Below, in pieces: positions 32,601 through 42,268 of a stretch of 64,000 nucleotides of DNA; the first letter of the stretch is position 1; each line of letters begins with the position of its first letter. Where the stretch lies: positions 1,920,001-1,984,000 of the forward strand of contig OZ250150.1 of the NCBI GenBank assembly GCA_965237675.1. Direction: 5' to 3'. Position numbers and translations under genes: made by a program. This DNA comes from Candidatus Latescibacterota bacterium (GTDB lineage Bacteria; Latescibacterota; UBA2968; GCA-2709665). Under the pieces are notes generated by a model. That model made no database searches and was not told the origin of the DNA. It saw only the letters and a program-made list of their open reading frames with translations.

Positions 32601-33419
32601 GTGTAACGCATTCCTGGCACGTATATAGAGGTCAAGACCGGTACCGATCAAGCCCAACACGATTTTTGAAGAATCCGTTTCCCGCACAGCTACGGTAGGA
32701 AGTGCCTTCGAAATGGACTCCCTATCTCGTCTTTCGCTTTTGGACTTGCGTACTTCCGCTTTCGGCTGAATAATCTTTCCAGTGCCTACGTGAACACGGA
32801 TCGATTTCGATCCATCGTCAATACCGCATGAAACAGCCATTCCATCAGCTGACCAGATTACCGGCCCCTTTAATTTTCCGGCAAACAGAAATCTGATGCC
32901 GCCCGCTTTATCCGAGACCCAAAGGCCATTGTTGATTTTCTCGAAAAAGCTTCCCCTGTACCCTGTGATCGCCAATGTGCCTCCATCCGGAGATAGCGCT
33001 ATTTCGTTCGGCTGAAAATCCTCTGGAAGCGGCCACAAATCTTCATTCGTGCCGTCCAGGCTCAACTTCCAAATCCGGTTGTTGGTAATCGGCAGAGACT
33101 GTCCGCCATAGTAATACGATGCCCAGGCTTTATGTTGTAAGCTTCGCTCCAGGTATATCAAAACTTCCCCAGCCGGGTCGAAAAAGAGATCCCCGAGTTC
33201 TCCAGGATAGGTCTTGATCCTCCTGCGTCTGTTGTCCTCCTTGGAGACAACCCAAATTTCAGTTATCGAAATCGCACCCTCGCCACGTTGGAGGCCATAA
33301 GCCAGATCCCCGGCCTCCGACCTTACAGTGAGATACTCACCGTCAGCCGCATCGAGAAGGCGTGGCGTTGCCAGAGTACAGAATGCATACACGAGTAGAC
33401 TCTTAATAATCCACTGCAT
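29664..33419 (-). CDS. Secreted TPR + GWxTD-family protein, large type with TolB-like N-terminus
   Basis: Signal peptide; ALSPDG/WSADG propeller-like motifs; TPRs; NERLVEHYRRVWYA...PWDVRGEVYIRFGEPD; C-terminal domain closely similar to 1746-5168; AGGAGG RBS. Confidence 0.87.
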   Translation of the reverse strand: MQWIIKSLLVYAFCTLATPRLLDAADGEYLTVRSEAGDLAYGLQRGEGAISITEIWVVSKEDNRRRRIKTYPGELGDLFFDPAGEVLIYLERSLQHKAWASYYYGGQSLPITNNRIWKLSLDGTNEDLWPLPEDFQPNEIALSPDGGTLAITGYRGSFFEKINNGLWVSDKAGGIRFLFAGKLKGPVIWSADGMAVSCGIDDGSKSIRVHVGTGKIIQPKAEVRKSKSERRDRESISKALPTVAVRETDSSKIVLGLIGTGLDLYIRARNALHRGNEKNAVKKFKNARSAFRRLYNKAPKYGLSRKSCARYIEACEFWIDSKKHMIETVICQEHMIGMLGLIQEFQRVQDNRDLSDLGELHQWAVQRIVADTPSGNARKGRIAILGVLFSCPENSDYPFLSDYLYKHERLPGTPALACFWHSGEQIYGTSGPQGNLTKRSALQPARVDSLASLGRLALDMDNLEQARLIFRNIARQRPKDPDAYIRLGHILLSLSRFEESKDAFHRALTLGSKALAHHGLGMLYKTWPMQRHFAIHHFTEALIKDRNFVDARYQMARVRYAMKERDAELEAKRVLEMDPEHAGAHLLIADYYLYFSWEFEKAVVWYTKYLALRPEDADAQRSLGIAYLKVRDYSKIMNHLFDFVQRHPETIELMPIVAISAIKQNNPDMAMGFFEDYISNLDPDKRRLYEDITHIASTEELKALDEAEGADRADYLKRFWNSKDPDLSTPVNERLVEHYRRVWYALTEFSKNKKPWDVRGEVYIRFGEPDHRSRSDEPNFKQSLKVQRVKERLAFNIYKGDVGAHTFVGPVYPVRGFGQLDGAWYELREVNIENASASSGEDGAGDVGAGEVDGSEIAGQSTSVDEGVTTPSPAPDDIVRIGILPMDERLGFGDYHPVTAGDDPSTVPWETWIYTDVGGGIEITFTDEIGSGTYDYAPVPPNQGGISIRQTASLSTHSPQSVYRRAASGTPDFYAPEDETPPLDFHYSLADFKGDDEGSLLEIYYGVPILPGHYMSKENVTRQVLTHHAALISSSLDTVYRQSDELTYEAAGNQAGEGIQVPGVLKISLPPGAYRLEVKSQDRLRGRMGAYRQQVVVERYGKSQLQISDLELAWQVGEEKTAGKFTKGNLYVVPMPSRTYKKGQSVFVYYEIYNLAKDEFGQTNYKISYTITSRDTPGRAGNISRLFRWGTGKREELAITYEQQGEAAQEVEYVELDLGDQVPGRYSLKVSIIDLNSGETAEKNVVFVITQ

Positions 33420-33652
33420 GATGTTTACCTCCTGGCATTCAACGACACAATAAGGAACGACGAAGCGCGTGAGCCGTCTTTTGCATCGGTAGATATCGGA
33501 CCTGTGGCGACATCAGTGGTGAGTCCGCAAATCCTGCCCAGCCAATACAAAATTAACCGGGCCATCTGACATAACTAAGAGAAATTTATACATAAAGTCA
33601 GGGAATTCAATAAATCATGTCAACGCGCTGTGTCAGTTTCGTGCGATACACG

Positions 33653-33861
33653 ACGTGCCAATATGAAGTGAGACACCTCACACTCCGAGTCTAATGTAGG
33701 TTATTGGGCGGAGAGGACAGCGTGAGACGAGGTCAAGAACCCATATGGTAGACAACGGCAGAGAGCGGTCTTTGGTTTTGGAGGTCCCACGCGGGATCTC
33801 CAGGACGACGAGGCCGGACCCGGAAGTACCGGAGCGTGGGAAGCGTCGTCGGTTTACGGCT
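33653..33861 (+). mobile_element. IS3-family-like left end with truncated orfA
   Basis: acgtgccaatatgaagtgagacac...tgggcggagagg, then an ORF containing PDPEVPERGKRRRFTA (an orfA-like N-terminus) after which similarity stops. Confidence 0.65.
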
Positions 33862-33905
33862 CATGTATCTGGCTGCTCGAAATGGGGTCGAGGAATAATC
33901 CGGCT

Positions 33906-35594
33906 TCAACCCTGGGGCAGTTCCACGCTTCTCCCGCCTTCCAGGTCCAATGTCACGGCGCGGAACGGAAAGCCATATCGCTCCACCGTCTCTCCGCGCG
34001 TGGTCTCTTCGCCGTCCGGATCCAGGAGCAGCACCGTCGCGCCCTTCAACACCGCTTCCGCAGAGACCTGGTACGCGCCGGTTTCCTGCAATTCAAACCG
34101 CACCGTGCGCCGAGCCCGTTCCCAGGCGTCGATTTGTGCCGCCGTCCACCACGGCATGCCCTTATCTCTCGTGTACCCCACAATTTCCCGGAGCCCGCCG
34201 CGAACGGCCGGTTCCCAGACGTGGGCGGGGTGAAAGAGGAAATGGGCGATCCCATGGTGCTTGAACGCCCGGTCCGCGAAACAATGCGCCAGGCGGGTCG
34301 AGCACCGCTTGTGAATGTCCTGCACGGTCAGGTTCACCTCCAGCACGTCAATGGGCGGGCCGCCGGGCGATGCATCCTCAATCGGAAACCATGGGTGGCA
34401 ACCCCCGAAGGGAAACCCGTTGGTATAGGGCGTATTCGGACCCCGGCTCTGCTCGACGGTGATGCCCGCCTCTTTGCACCATTGGAAGAACTCCAGCCGC
34501 CCCTGCCAGCGAAGCGTATGGTTCTTGTTGGTCGTTACGGGCCGCCCAGCGGCTTTCGTGACCGTTTCAAGCTGCGCGGCCAACTCCCGATATCCCCACT
34601 TTAATTGGGCGACGTCCGGCTTCTGATCGTCCGACGCCGTCTGATACGTCTGCGCGTCATAGTGCAGGGCCACCTCCGATCCGTAATCCTGGATCGCGCG
34701 GTAGAACGCCGGTTGATAGTGTCCCGCCATGATGCACCACGTCGTGCGTGCGTTCACCTCCTGTGTCAGGCGCAGCAACGACCATCCCAGCGCTTCGTCT
34801 CCCCCGTCCGAGTCGTGGGACATGTGCGCGATCGCGGGCAGATTATCCGGCCAGTACCACAGGACGGGAAGGGAGACGCCGCGCTCCCGGCAGGCGTACA
34901 GAACGGCCTTGACGATCAATGCCCGGAACTCATCCGCTATCGGCTCCAGAAAGACAAGGTTTTCCTCCTCGCCCGGTACGGGCGACCTGTCTCGGTCCAG
35001 GTCCAACGCGAGCCCCTTGATCACGTCGATCCGCGTGGGACCCGACGCGGGGGGTACCGGGTGCCCCTGCTGGATGTGCACTATGGTCCGGACCGCGTCC
35101 GGACCCACGGCGAGCGCCAGGCCCTCCCCGATCCGATTTTCCACCACCCCGTCACTGGCGCCCATCACGCGCGCGAGCGCCGTGCCATTCACGGCTTTGA
35201 TTCGCCGCCCGCCAAAACTGTGCAGACTGCTCTCGAACCCTGAGGTTACCGGGTGGTCCTTCGCCGCCACCTGCAAATACCCCTCCGCCATTTCGCCGCG
35301 ATCCACCGCGCCGAACACGTCGTCCAACCCCGACATCCCTCCCAGGCCGATTAACGCCCCGCCCGATTCGACGAATCCCGCCAGCAGCCTCCGCTCAGCC
35401 TCCGACAGTTGAAGATGCCAGGGAAGCAGGACCACGCGATATCCATCCAGGTCGACGAGCGGACGCGCCGCCTCGCTGTAAGGAACGCCCGCGTGGGCGA
35501 GTATTTCCCGGATATAAAATCCACCGTAATATCGCGATCCGTCCGACATTTTCTGCCCGGCCGGATCCGTCACCACGCAAAGCGGAAGGCGCAT
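33906..35594 (-). CDS. Hypothetical protein: GATase-like trimerisation domain + polysaccharide deacetylase-like domain
   Basis: LDGYRVVLLP...LAGFVESGGALI N-terminal domain; MSHDSD, EVALHY, GFPFGGCHPW, FLFHP. Confidence 0.65.
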   Translation of the reverse strand: MRLPLCVVTDPAGQKMSDGSRYYGGFYIREILAHAGVPYSEAARPLVDLDGYRVVLLPWHLQLSEAERRLLAGFVESGGALIGLGGMSGLDDVFGAVDRGEMAEGYLQVAAKDHPVTSGFESSLHSFGGRRIKAVNGTALARVMGASDGVVENRIGEGLALAVGPDAVRTIVHIQQGHPVPPASGPTRIDVIKGLALDLDRDRSPVPGEEENLVFLEPIADEFRALIVKAVLYACRERGVSLPVLWYWPDNLPAIAHMSHDSDGGDEALGWSLLRLTQEVNARTTWCIMAGHYQPAFYRAIQDYGSEVALHYDAQTYQTASDDQKPDVAQLKWGYRELAAQLETVTKAAGRPVTTNKNHTLRWQGRLEFFQWCKEAGITVEQSRGPNTPYTNGFPFGGCHPWFPIEDASPGGPPIDVLEVNLTVQDIHKRCSTRLAHCFADRAFKHHGIAHFLFHPAHVWEPAVRGGLREIVGYTRDKGMPWWTAAQIDAWERARRTVRFELQETGAYQVSAEAVLKGATVLLLDPDGEETTRGETVERYGFPFRAVTLDLEGGRSVELPQG

Positions 35595-35720
35595 CGATAA
35601 TCTCCATCGTTTGAGAAGGGTTCGCCCGGACTGTTATTCGCCGCGATCCCTTTTGCCTGTGGAGCAGATCCGGAACGGGTTTCCACAGCCATCCACGGTT
35701 CCGTTTCGCTGAAACATCGT

Positions 35721-36734
35721 CTATGACTCCAACATGGCCTTCAACCGGCTCAGCTGCCCGTCGGCTCCCAGCACGATCAGCACGTCGCCCCGGTGAATCG
35801 TAACACCCGACAACCCCGCCGATGCGGCCGGATGGATCCTGGGCTTCCCGTCCTGCCCCTGGATGCCCACGACAATCGCTCCTGTCCGCTGCCCGATATC
35901 CGTCTCCTTCAACTGCTTGCCCACCAGCGGCGACGCCTCGCCCACATGGAACTCCTCCAGCCGCATTGCAGACTCCCCCGTGCCCACGACGATATCGAGA
36001 AAATCCACGATTGATGGCCGCAGAATCACCGACGCGATCCGTCTCCCCGCCAACTGGTAGGGCGACATCACCCGGTCCGCTCCCGCCGTCATCAGTTTGC
36101 CGATGCTCTGTTCCTCTGCGGCCCGCGCCACGATCGTCAGGTTCGGGTTCGCCTGGCGCGCAGAGAGGACCACGAATACATTCAACGCATCCTCCCGCAA
36201 TACCGCGATCAACCCTTTGGCCCTATCGATGCCCGCCTCGACCAGTACCTCGTCGTCTTCCGCGTGACCCTCCACGAAGAGAACCGTTTCGTCCCGGCCC
36301 AATTCCGAGTGCGCGGGATCCTTATCCACGATCACAAAAGGCATGCCCGCACGCTTCAGCTCCTGCGCCACCTCTTTGCCGACCACCCCGCCTCCACATA
36401 TGATATAATGATTCTTCAGTTTTGAAACGGAACGTGTCATTCTGCGCCCTCGCATCGCATGGAGAATCTGACCCTCGAAAACGAACCCGATTAACGTTGT
36501 CACCGAATATCCGACGGCTATCACACTGAACGTAAGAAGCAGGACGGTGAACCGCTGACCCGTCGGCGACAACGGATGTACCTCGCCATAGCCGACGGTC
36601 GATATGGTAATCACGGTCATGTACAGGCTTTCCCATATTGTCCATTTTTCAATCCAGGCATAACCCGCCGTGCCGCCCAGCACCAGCAGAACCGGAAGCA
36701 TGAAGGCGAATGCAAAACGAACAAACGGCGACAT
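35721..36734 (-). CDS. Potassium channel with RCK (TrkA-N/TrkA-C) domains
   Basis: Selectivity filter TVGYG between two TM helices; HYIICGGGVVG; AGADRVMSPY; GGAG RBS before ATG 36734. Confidence 0.93.
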   Translation of the reverse strand: MSPFVRFAFAFMLPVLLVLGGTAGYAWIEKWTIWESLYMTVITISTVGYGEVHPLSPTGQRFTVLLLTFSVIAVGYSVTTLIGFVFEGQILHAMRGRRMTRSVSKLKNHYIICGGGVVGKEVAQELKRAGMPFVIVDKDPAHSELGRDETVLFVEGHAEDDEVLVEAGIDRAKGLIAVLREDALNVFVVLSARQANPNLTIVARAAEEQSIGKLMTAGADRVMSPYQLAGRRIASVILRPSIVDFLDIVVGTGESAMRLEEFHVGEASPLVGKQLKETDIGQRTGAIVVGIQGQDGKPRIHPAASAGLSGVTIHRGDVLIVLGADGQLSRLKAMLES

Positions 36735-36896
36735 GCCATTTCTCCAGAAAATAAACCGCCACCCGGGAGCCGTCGGCGGCAAACCCAAAGGAGGGCCGCG
36801 CATTGGGACAGGCACACCGGGTGGTGGGTGTTCGAGGCGGGCGCGGCCATCTTACAGAGACGAAGGCCCGCAAACATCATACGGTACCGTATTCTC

Positions 36897-37955
36897 TCAC
36901 GTACCCGCTTCGGCATTTACAACCAGGGCCGGATCATTCAGTCCGTAGGCGTTATTCCGGATTCGGGTCCTGCCATCGGACCGTACCGACAATTCGTCCG
37001 GTTGCTGGTAAAGCCAGTTGTGGTGGATATCAACGCCCTCTTCGGGTACGCCCCGCACCACAACAGCGGTTTTGGGGCAGCGGAACGTATTGTGATGCAC
37101 CTTCATCCACGTACCGGCAACGTCGGTTCCGTCTTTCCGGTCCCTGCCACCGTGCATGTCGAAACAATGGCTCAGCGACTCACCGATTTCCACGTTGTGC
37201 CGCGCTTCATAGCCGCTGCCCGCTCTCCCGGTTCCCGCCAGCGAGTGCCGGTTGTAGTCGAACCGGTTGAATTCGATCAGCGAGAATGCCTCGTCGTGAC
37301 TCACCCCGTATCCCAACCCGTTGTACTGATTGTGATGGATGAAATTGTGGTGAATATGATGGCCGTCTTTTGCCTGTAGATTAATCGCCGCGTGGCTCCA
37401 GCCCCCCAGTTCGCAATTGTCCACCTCCAGGCCCGCGTATTGCGTGACAACCCCATCGGACGTCGGGAATTTATAGTAGTACTCGTGTCCCCTACCCTCG
37501 CGAAACGAACGGTTGTGGTGCTCCAGGCACCGCTTGGGATTGGGGCCCTTTATACGCAATCCCGTAACCCGGACGTCCGGCCCGGTCGCCCGGATCAGGG
37601 GTTTTGTATCGAACGTATCGCACAAAATCATCCCACCCGCGGAGCCGTCCGTACCCCGGTTGCCGGCCAGGGTGACCCCCTCGGGAATCTCCAGCACGAT
37701 AGATTCGATATACACCCGTTCGGTGCAGTCGATTTCCGCCTCGCCATCCACCCATACCACGTCCCCAGGTTTGGCCTGCGCCAACGCATCCAGCAGTTCG
37801 TCCAGCGTGGAAACCGCGTCCGCGGGTGGCGATACCGCACACTTATATCCCTCGCCCCCGCCGATGGGTCCTCGTTCGTCGGCCCGTGCGCCGCATGCTT
37901 CCCCTGAGATTTCGATCCAGGTCTGTCCCAACGTCTCCATTTCGCTACCAAACAT
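36897..37955 (-). CDS. Right-handed parallel beta-helix protein
   Basis: Repeats VTGLRIKG, EVDNCEL, HIHHNFIHHN, IEFNRF, VHHNTF; GGAGG RBS. Confidence 0.75.
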   Translation of the reverse strand: MFGSEMETLGQTWIEISGEACGARADERGPIGGGEGYKCAVSPPADAVSTLDELLDALAQAKPGDVVWVDGEAEIDCTERVYIESIVLEIPEGVTLAGNRGTDGSAGGMILCDTFDTKPLIRATGPDVRVTGLRIKGPNPKRCLEHHNRSFREGRGHEYYYKFPTSDGVVTQYAGLEVDNCELGGWSHAAINLQAKDGHHIHHNFIHHNQYNGLGYGVSHDEAFSLIEFNRFDYNRHSLAGTGRAGSGYEARHNVEIGESLSHCFDMHGGRDRKDGTDVAGTWMKVHHNTFRCPKTAVVVRGVPEEGVDIHHNWLYQQPDELSVRSDGRTRIRNNAYGLNDPALVVNAEAGT

Positions 37956-37978
37956 CGCCTGCCTCCTTTTCAGCGGAC

Positions 37979-38941
37979 TTACGCGTTCACGGAAACCACG
38001 TACCCCTTTTTATTATCCACAACATTCAACAGCGGCGCCCCGTCCCGAAACCGCCGTACGTTTTCCAGGATCAGATCGATCCGGCGATCCTCGATCCGAT
38101 CCGATTCCGCACCGACGTGCGGCGTAATCATCACATTCTCCATTTCCCACAGCGGGTGCCCCTCCGGCAGCGGCTCCTCTTCAAAGACATCCAGCCCGGC
38201 TCCGGCCAGTTCGCCCTTCTGGAGCGCCCGCGTCAGCGCCGCGAGGTCCACCACCTTTCCCCTCCCGATATTGATGAATATCGCAGTCGGCTTCATCGCC
38301 TTCATCGCCGCGGCGTCGATCATCCTATCGGTCTGAGCGGTATGCGGGACACAGATGACAAAGAAGTCAGCCTGTCCCAGCATCGCGTGCAGTCCATCCG
38401 CACCGTAAACCCGCTCCACGTACTCCGGGCGTCCCTTTGGCGCGGGATCCAGCGCCAGCACACGCATTCCGAACGCATGACCGCGTTCCGCAATCGCCAG
38501 CCCGATGCCGCCCAGACCCAGCACGCCCAGCGTGGTACCCGCCACGTGGATCACCGGCGCGGCTTTTTTCTCCCACCGCCCTTCCAGTTGACTGCGGAAA
38601 TACACCGGAATGCCCCTGGCCAGGGAAAGCAGCAGCGCAAACACGTGCTCGGCAATGACGTCGCTGTAGATCCCCCGAAGATTGGTTACGGCGACCTCAC
38701 TCTCCCGCAACTCAGGAAAAAAATAACCGTCCAGCCCGGCGCTCGTCGCCTGCACCCAACGCAGCCTCTTTCCCGCAGCCAGCAGCGCCGGCGTCAAGCG
38801 CCCGTAAAACGCGTCCGCGTCCACAATCAGATCCAGCGCCGCCGCCTCGGACTCCGCTTCGCGCGCCTCCACGCCCAGGTCCCTGACCCGCGCCATCCAA
38901 TCCGGCTTGAACGCCGGCCAGAATACCATTTTCACAGCCAT
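37979..38941 (-). CDS. D-2-hydroxyacid dehydrogenase
   Basis: GVLGLGGIG, INIGRG, GAGLDVFEEEPL, ITPH; GGAGG RBS. Confidence 0.93.
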   Translation of the reverse strand: MAVKMVFWPAFKPDWMARVRDLGVEAREAESEAAALDLIVDADAFYGRLTPALLAAGKRLRWVQATSAGLDGYFFPELRESEVAVTNLRGIYSDVIAEHVFALLLSLARGIPVYFRSQLEGRWEKKAAPVIHVAGTTLGVLGLGGIGLAIAERGHAFGMRVLALDPAPKGRPEYVERVYGADGLHAMLGQADFFVICVPHTAQTDRMIDAAAMKAMKPTAIFINIGRGKVVDLAALTRALQKGELAGAGLDVFEEEPLPEGHPLWEMENVMITPHVGAESDRIEDRRIDLILENVRRFRDGAPLLNVVDNKKGYVVSVNA

Positions 38942-38942
38942 C

Positions 38943-39815
38943 TCAAAGCTCCTCCACGGGGATGAACTCACCCCTGTCGTCAATCCTGATGGTTCCCCAG
39001 AATTGCTCAGGATCGTGCGGCCATACCAACAGCCAAGCCTCCTCGGCCGCCCGTTTCAACACCTGTTGCCTCACCTTGAACGTCTTTCTGGGATACAGGT
39101 CGAACGCCATAATGGTGACCGCGTGCACGTGATGTCTGGTGGGCACCAGGTCCCCAACGAAACAGACCGTCTTGCCGCCCGACCGCACCAGGACGGATTG
39201 ATGCGCCCTCGTGTGTCCGGGCGTCAGGATCGTGTGCACGCCGGGGCAGACTTCCACGTCGCCGTCGACAAACGAGAGCACGCCGGCGCGCTCCAGTGGC
39301 AGCAGGTCCGAAGCGGTGTTATAGCCCCGAACCGTCTGCCGGTCGGCGCGCAGGGCATCTTCCCACTCCTGGCGCTGCACCGTGTAAAGGGCGTTTTGAA
39401 ACGCCGGTTCATATCCGTCTTCCGTCTTAACCGTCGTCCCGCCTGCGTGGTCCATGTGCAGGTGGGTGAGTACCACCCGGTCCACCTCGTCCGGCGCCAC
39501 GCCCGCTTCAGCCAGCGCGTCGACCACGCCCCAGGATGGGTCCGCCCCGTATATGTCCCTGTATTTCCCGGGCAGCTTCCCCGCGCCGATGCCGGTTTCC
39601 ACCAGCACCGTCTCCGTTCGCGTTTCTACCAGCAGGCAGTTCAGCCCCATCCGAATCCGGTTCCGCTCGTCGGGCGGTATTTTCTTTTCCCAGATCGACC
39701 GGGGGACCACGCCGAACATTGTGCCCCCGTCGAGCATGAACCGCCCGGCGTCCAGCGCCGTGACGCGAATTTCCCCGATGTTCCGTGAATCACCCTTACG
39801 ATTGGAATTTCGCAC
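38943..39815 (-). CDS. MBL-fold metallo-hydrolase (YtnP-like)
   Basis: LDGGTMFGVVP, THLHMDHAGG, TPGHT, GDLVP, HDP. Start uncertain. Confidence 0.9.
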   Translation of the reverse strand: MRNSNRKGDSRNIGEIRVTALDAGRFMLDGGTMFGVVPRSIWEKKIPPDERNRIRMGLNCLLVETRTETVLVETGIGAGKLPGKYRDIYGADPSWGVVDALAEAGVAPDEVDRVVLTHLHMDHAGGTTVKTEDGYEPAFQNALYTVQRQEWEDALRADRQTVRGYNTASDLLPLERAGVLSFVDGDVEVCPGVHTILTPGHTRAHQSVLVRSGGKTVCFVGDLVPTRHHVHAVTIMAFDLYPRKTFKVRQQVLKRAAEEAWLLVWPHDPEQFWGTIRIDDRGEFIPVEEL

Positions 39816-40729
39816 CCGATTCCGACTGTGAATAGACTGCGTTGCGTGTTGCCGTCCCTCCCCGACCCGGGCACGCGTGTTCGACGGCTTCCAAGATGCA
39901 CGTGTTGTCTGAGCAATGTCAAGGGCAAAAGAGCGCTGGTATCCAGATCCGGCGCTGCAAACTACCTGTACGGATCACCCGACGATTCGGTGGAGATCGA
40001 CTCTACGAACACGTTTCATCACTCCATTGAAGTTCCCTCGAAACATAAGAAACCTGCGAGATCATAGCGCGGGTTGGTGATGGGCGAAGCCCCGTTTCCG
40101 GTACGGAGACGGATTCCTAACCGTCTCTGCCAAAGTTCGCTGAACATTGATCCGCATTTCGTATGGCGGGATCCGCTCAGAAGGTGCTCGTCTTCGATGC
40201 CCTTCTACATCTGATGAATGTGCATCGCGACCTTCGGGGACTATTCCGAAACCTGCGCGCCTTCAGCGCATAGACGGACAGCATCAAGTGGACATCACAT
40301 TCAGCTGAATCGCCGTTAGGTCACGCGTTAGGACAGCGGCCGCGCAGTCGACTGCCCGAAGTGATGCAAAATACAACATACGTCGCAAATTACATCATCC
40401 TTCAACTTCCGTCAGCAAACGCCTGCATAAGTACATTAATTAACATATATTTGTGATTTTTATTCGCCCGGTGTCAATCTCCGGTAGCGTTCATGTGTCG
40501 TATTTTTGGAAGATCTTCTGGAATTCCTCACGCGTCTCAAATTGTCTTTAAATCCCTGTTCAGTAAGGAGTTGAACGAAGTTTTCCAGACTAGGCACGAA
40601 TTTTTCACATATCAATTCTGTCGAACCCCCCGTGACTTTGCAAGAGTCTCTGGACTTTATCACCGAACGTAGCGTGGTTAAGGTCCCTTTTTATAGATCG
40701 TTAATTTGACTTCAACTTGAAAACGCAAG

Positions 40730-42260
40730 ATGCCGGCTGAAGGATCAAGTAATATGGTATCTGGAGAACCGGTTATATCGTTCAGGGGACGTTCGAAAGA
40801 AGGTGAGTCTTTCGAAAACACTGAGGCGCAGGAAGTATTTTCAACGTCGGGGATCGGTTTTCGGTTCGTGCGTTATTTCCTGCTCGCCATTCTGTGCGTT
40901 GTGGGATGCATGGTCGGGGTCATTGGTTTGCTGGGGTGGCATTTGGGGATGGATGTCACGGTTAACGGGCATGGTCACGTCCAGCCAATCAAGCGCAATG
41001 TCGTCAAATCTGGAAGGCCTGGATTGATCAAGAAGGTTCTTGTACAGCAAGGCCAAGACGTCCAACAGGGTGATCTGCTGGTGGCGCTGGATGATACCGA
41101 TCTGCGTAATGTATTGGAGCAAAATGAAAATGAAATGAAATTAAACGAGATTCGGCGCATGGCTTTGCCGGCGGAATTGCAACGCGAGCGTGCTGTACTG
41201 GAAACAGAGATTGCGCAGGCGGAAGTTGATTACGAGACCGAGAAGATACACATGGAAAAGATCCGGAAGGAATTCGAAATCTACCACGAAATCCTACCCT
41301 ATCATGTGGACGGAGACTTTAAGCATCCGGTTGAAAAGTTAACTTTGATTCGTCAGTTTTCGGGGACGTTAATTTGAATAAGTGCGAGTTAATAAAGGCG
41401 ATTAGACTGCGGATTACCAGGATACACCAGGTCACTGGACGTGAACGGAAAAATGTCCTTCCGGACGACCTCAATACCCCGTTTTGCACCGGTACTTTCT
41501 GTGCCTTTTGTGCTTTTTGTGGCCAATTTGACTGTTGTCTTTTTTCGAATTGAGGTTAATCCCCATTCGGGTACATAAGACAAGGTTACGGCGTGCAGAA
41601 GTGGAAATCGAGCACTCAAAGCGTCGATTGGCTGCATTGGAAAATCGCAAAGAAGAATTGCATACACTAAAGCAACAGTACCAAAATCTGCAGATCAAAC
41701 GTCGCCTTGTCAAAACCCATCTCAAACACATGAAGATCTATGCATCCGTTTCAGGGACAGTGCTGACGCGTGATTTGGATAAACGCGTAGGAGACCGCAT
41801 TGCGGCTGGGGAAGCAATACTGGAACTGGCGGAGTTAAGCGGTTGGCAAGCTAAGGTGCTGATTCAGGAAGTGGATATTCCAAAGGTGAAAGTGGGACAG
41901 ATGGTGAGGTTATATGTAAACGCATTTCCACACATGGAATACAAGATATTTGAGGGGGTTGTTTCCGATGTGCCAGGAAAACCCGAATCCCTAACGCCGG
42001 TTGGTGCGGGAATTGCGCCGCCTGGCATTGCTGCAGCGGTCTATCCCGTAAAGGTACAGGTCAACGATCCGAACATAACGGTTGGGAACAAAGTGTATTC
42101 GCTGAAATATGGCATGGGCGTAGAGGCCAAAATCGTAACCGAGCGCGGTCCGATTGTAGAGTTGCTTTGGAAAAAGTTTCTGAAATCCGTGGGCAGATTT
42201 GAACGTCCTGAGATCTATCGCCTGGGCGAGCACACCGAAAGCGTACAGGCCCCGAACTGA
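40730..42260 (+). pseudogene. HlyD-family secretion adaptor interrupted by an insertion
   Basis: TM helix and GLIKKVLVQQGQDVQQGDLL in the 5' ORF; IYASVSGTV, DIPKVKVGQ, LKYGMGVEAKI in the 3' ORF. Removing 41343-41559 restores ...VEKLIPIRVHK... in frame (about 437 aa). Confidence 0.9.
41343..41555. mobile_element. 213-bp non-autonomous MITE-like insertion
   Basis: TTAA on both sides (41339-41342, 41556-41559; GTTAA also fits); imperfect terminal inverted repeat CTTTGATTCG / CCTCAATTCG (reverse complement); no transposase. Confidence 0.85.
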
Positions 42261-42268
42261 GCGAATCG

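Noticed and set aside
33526-33541. Sigma54-like CTGGGCAGGATTTGCG upstream of 33419
   Set aside because: Spacing is 9 nt or less.
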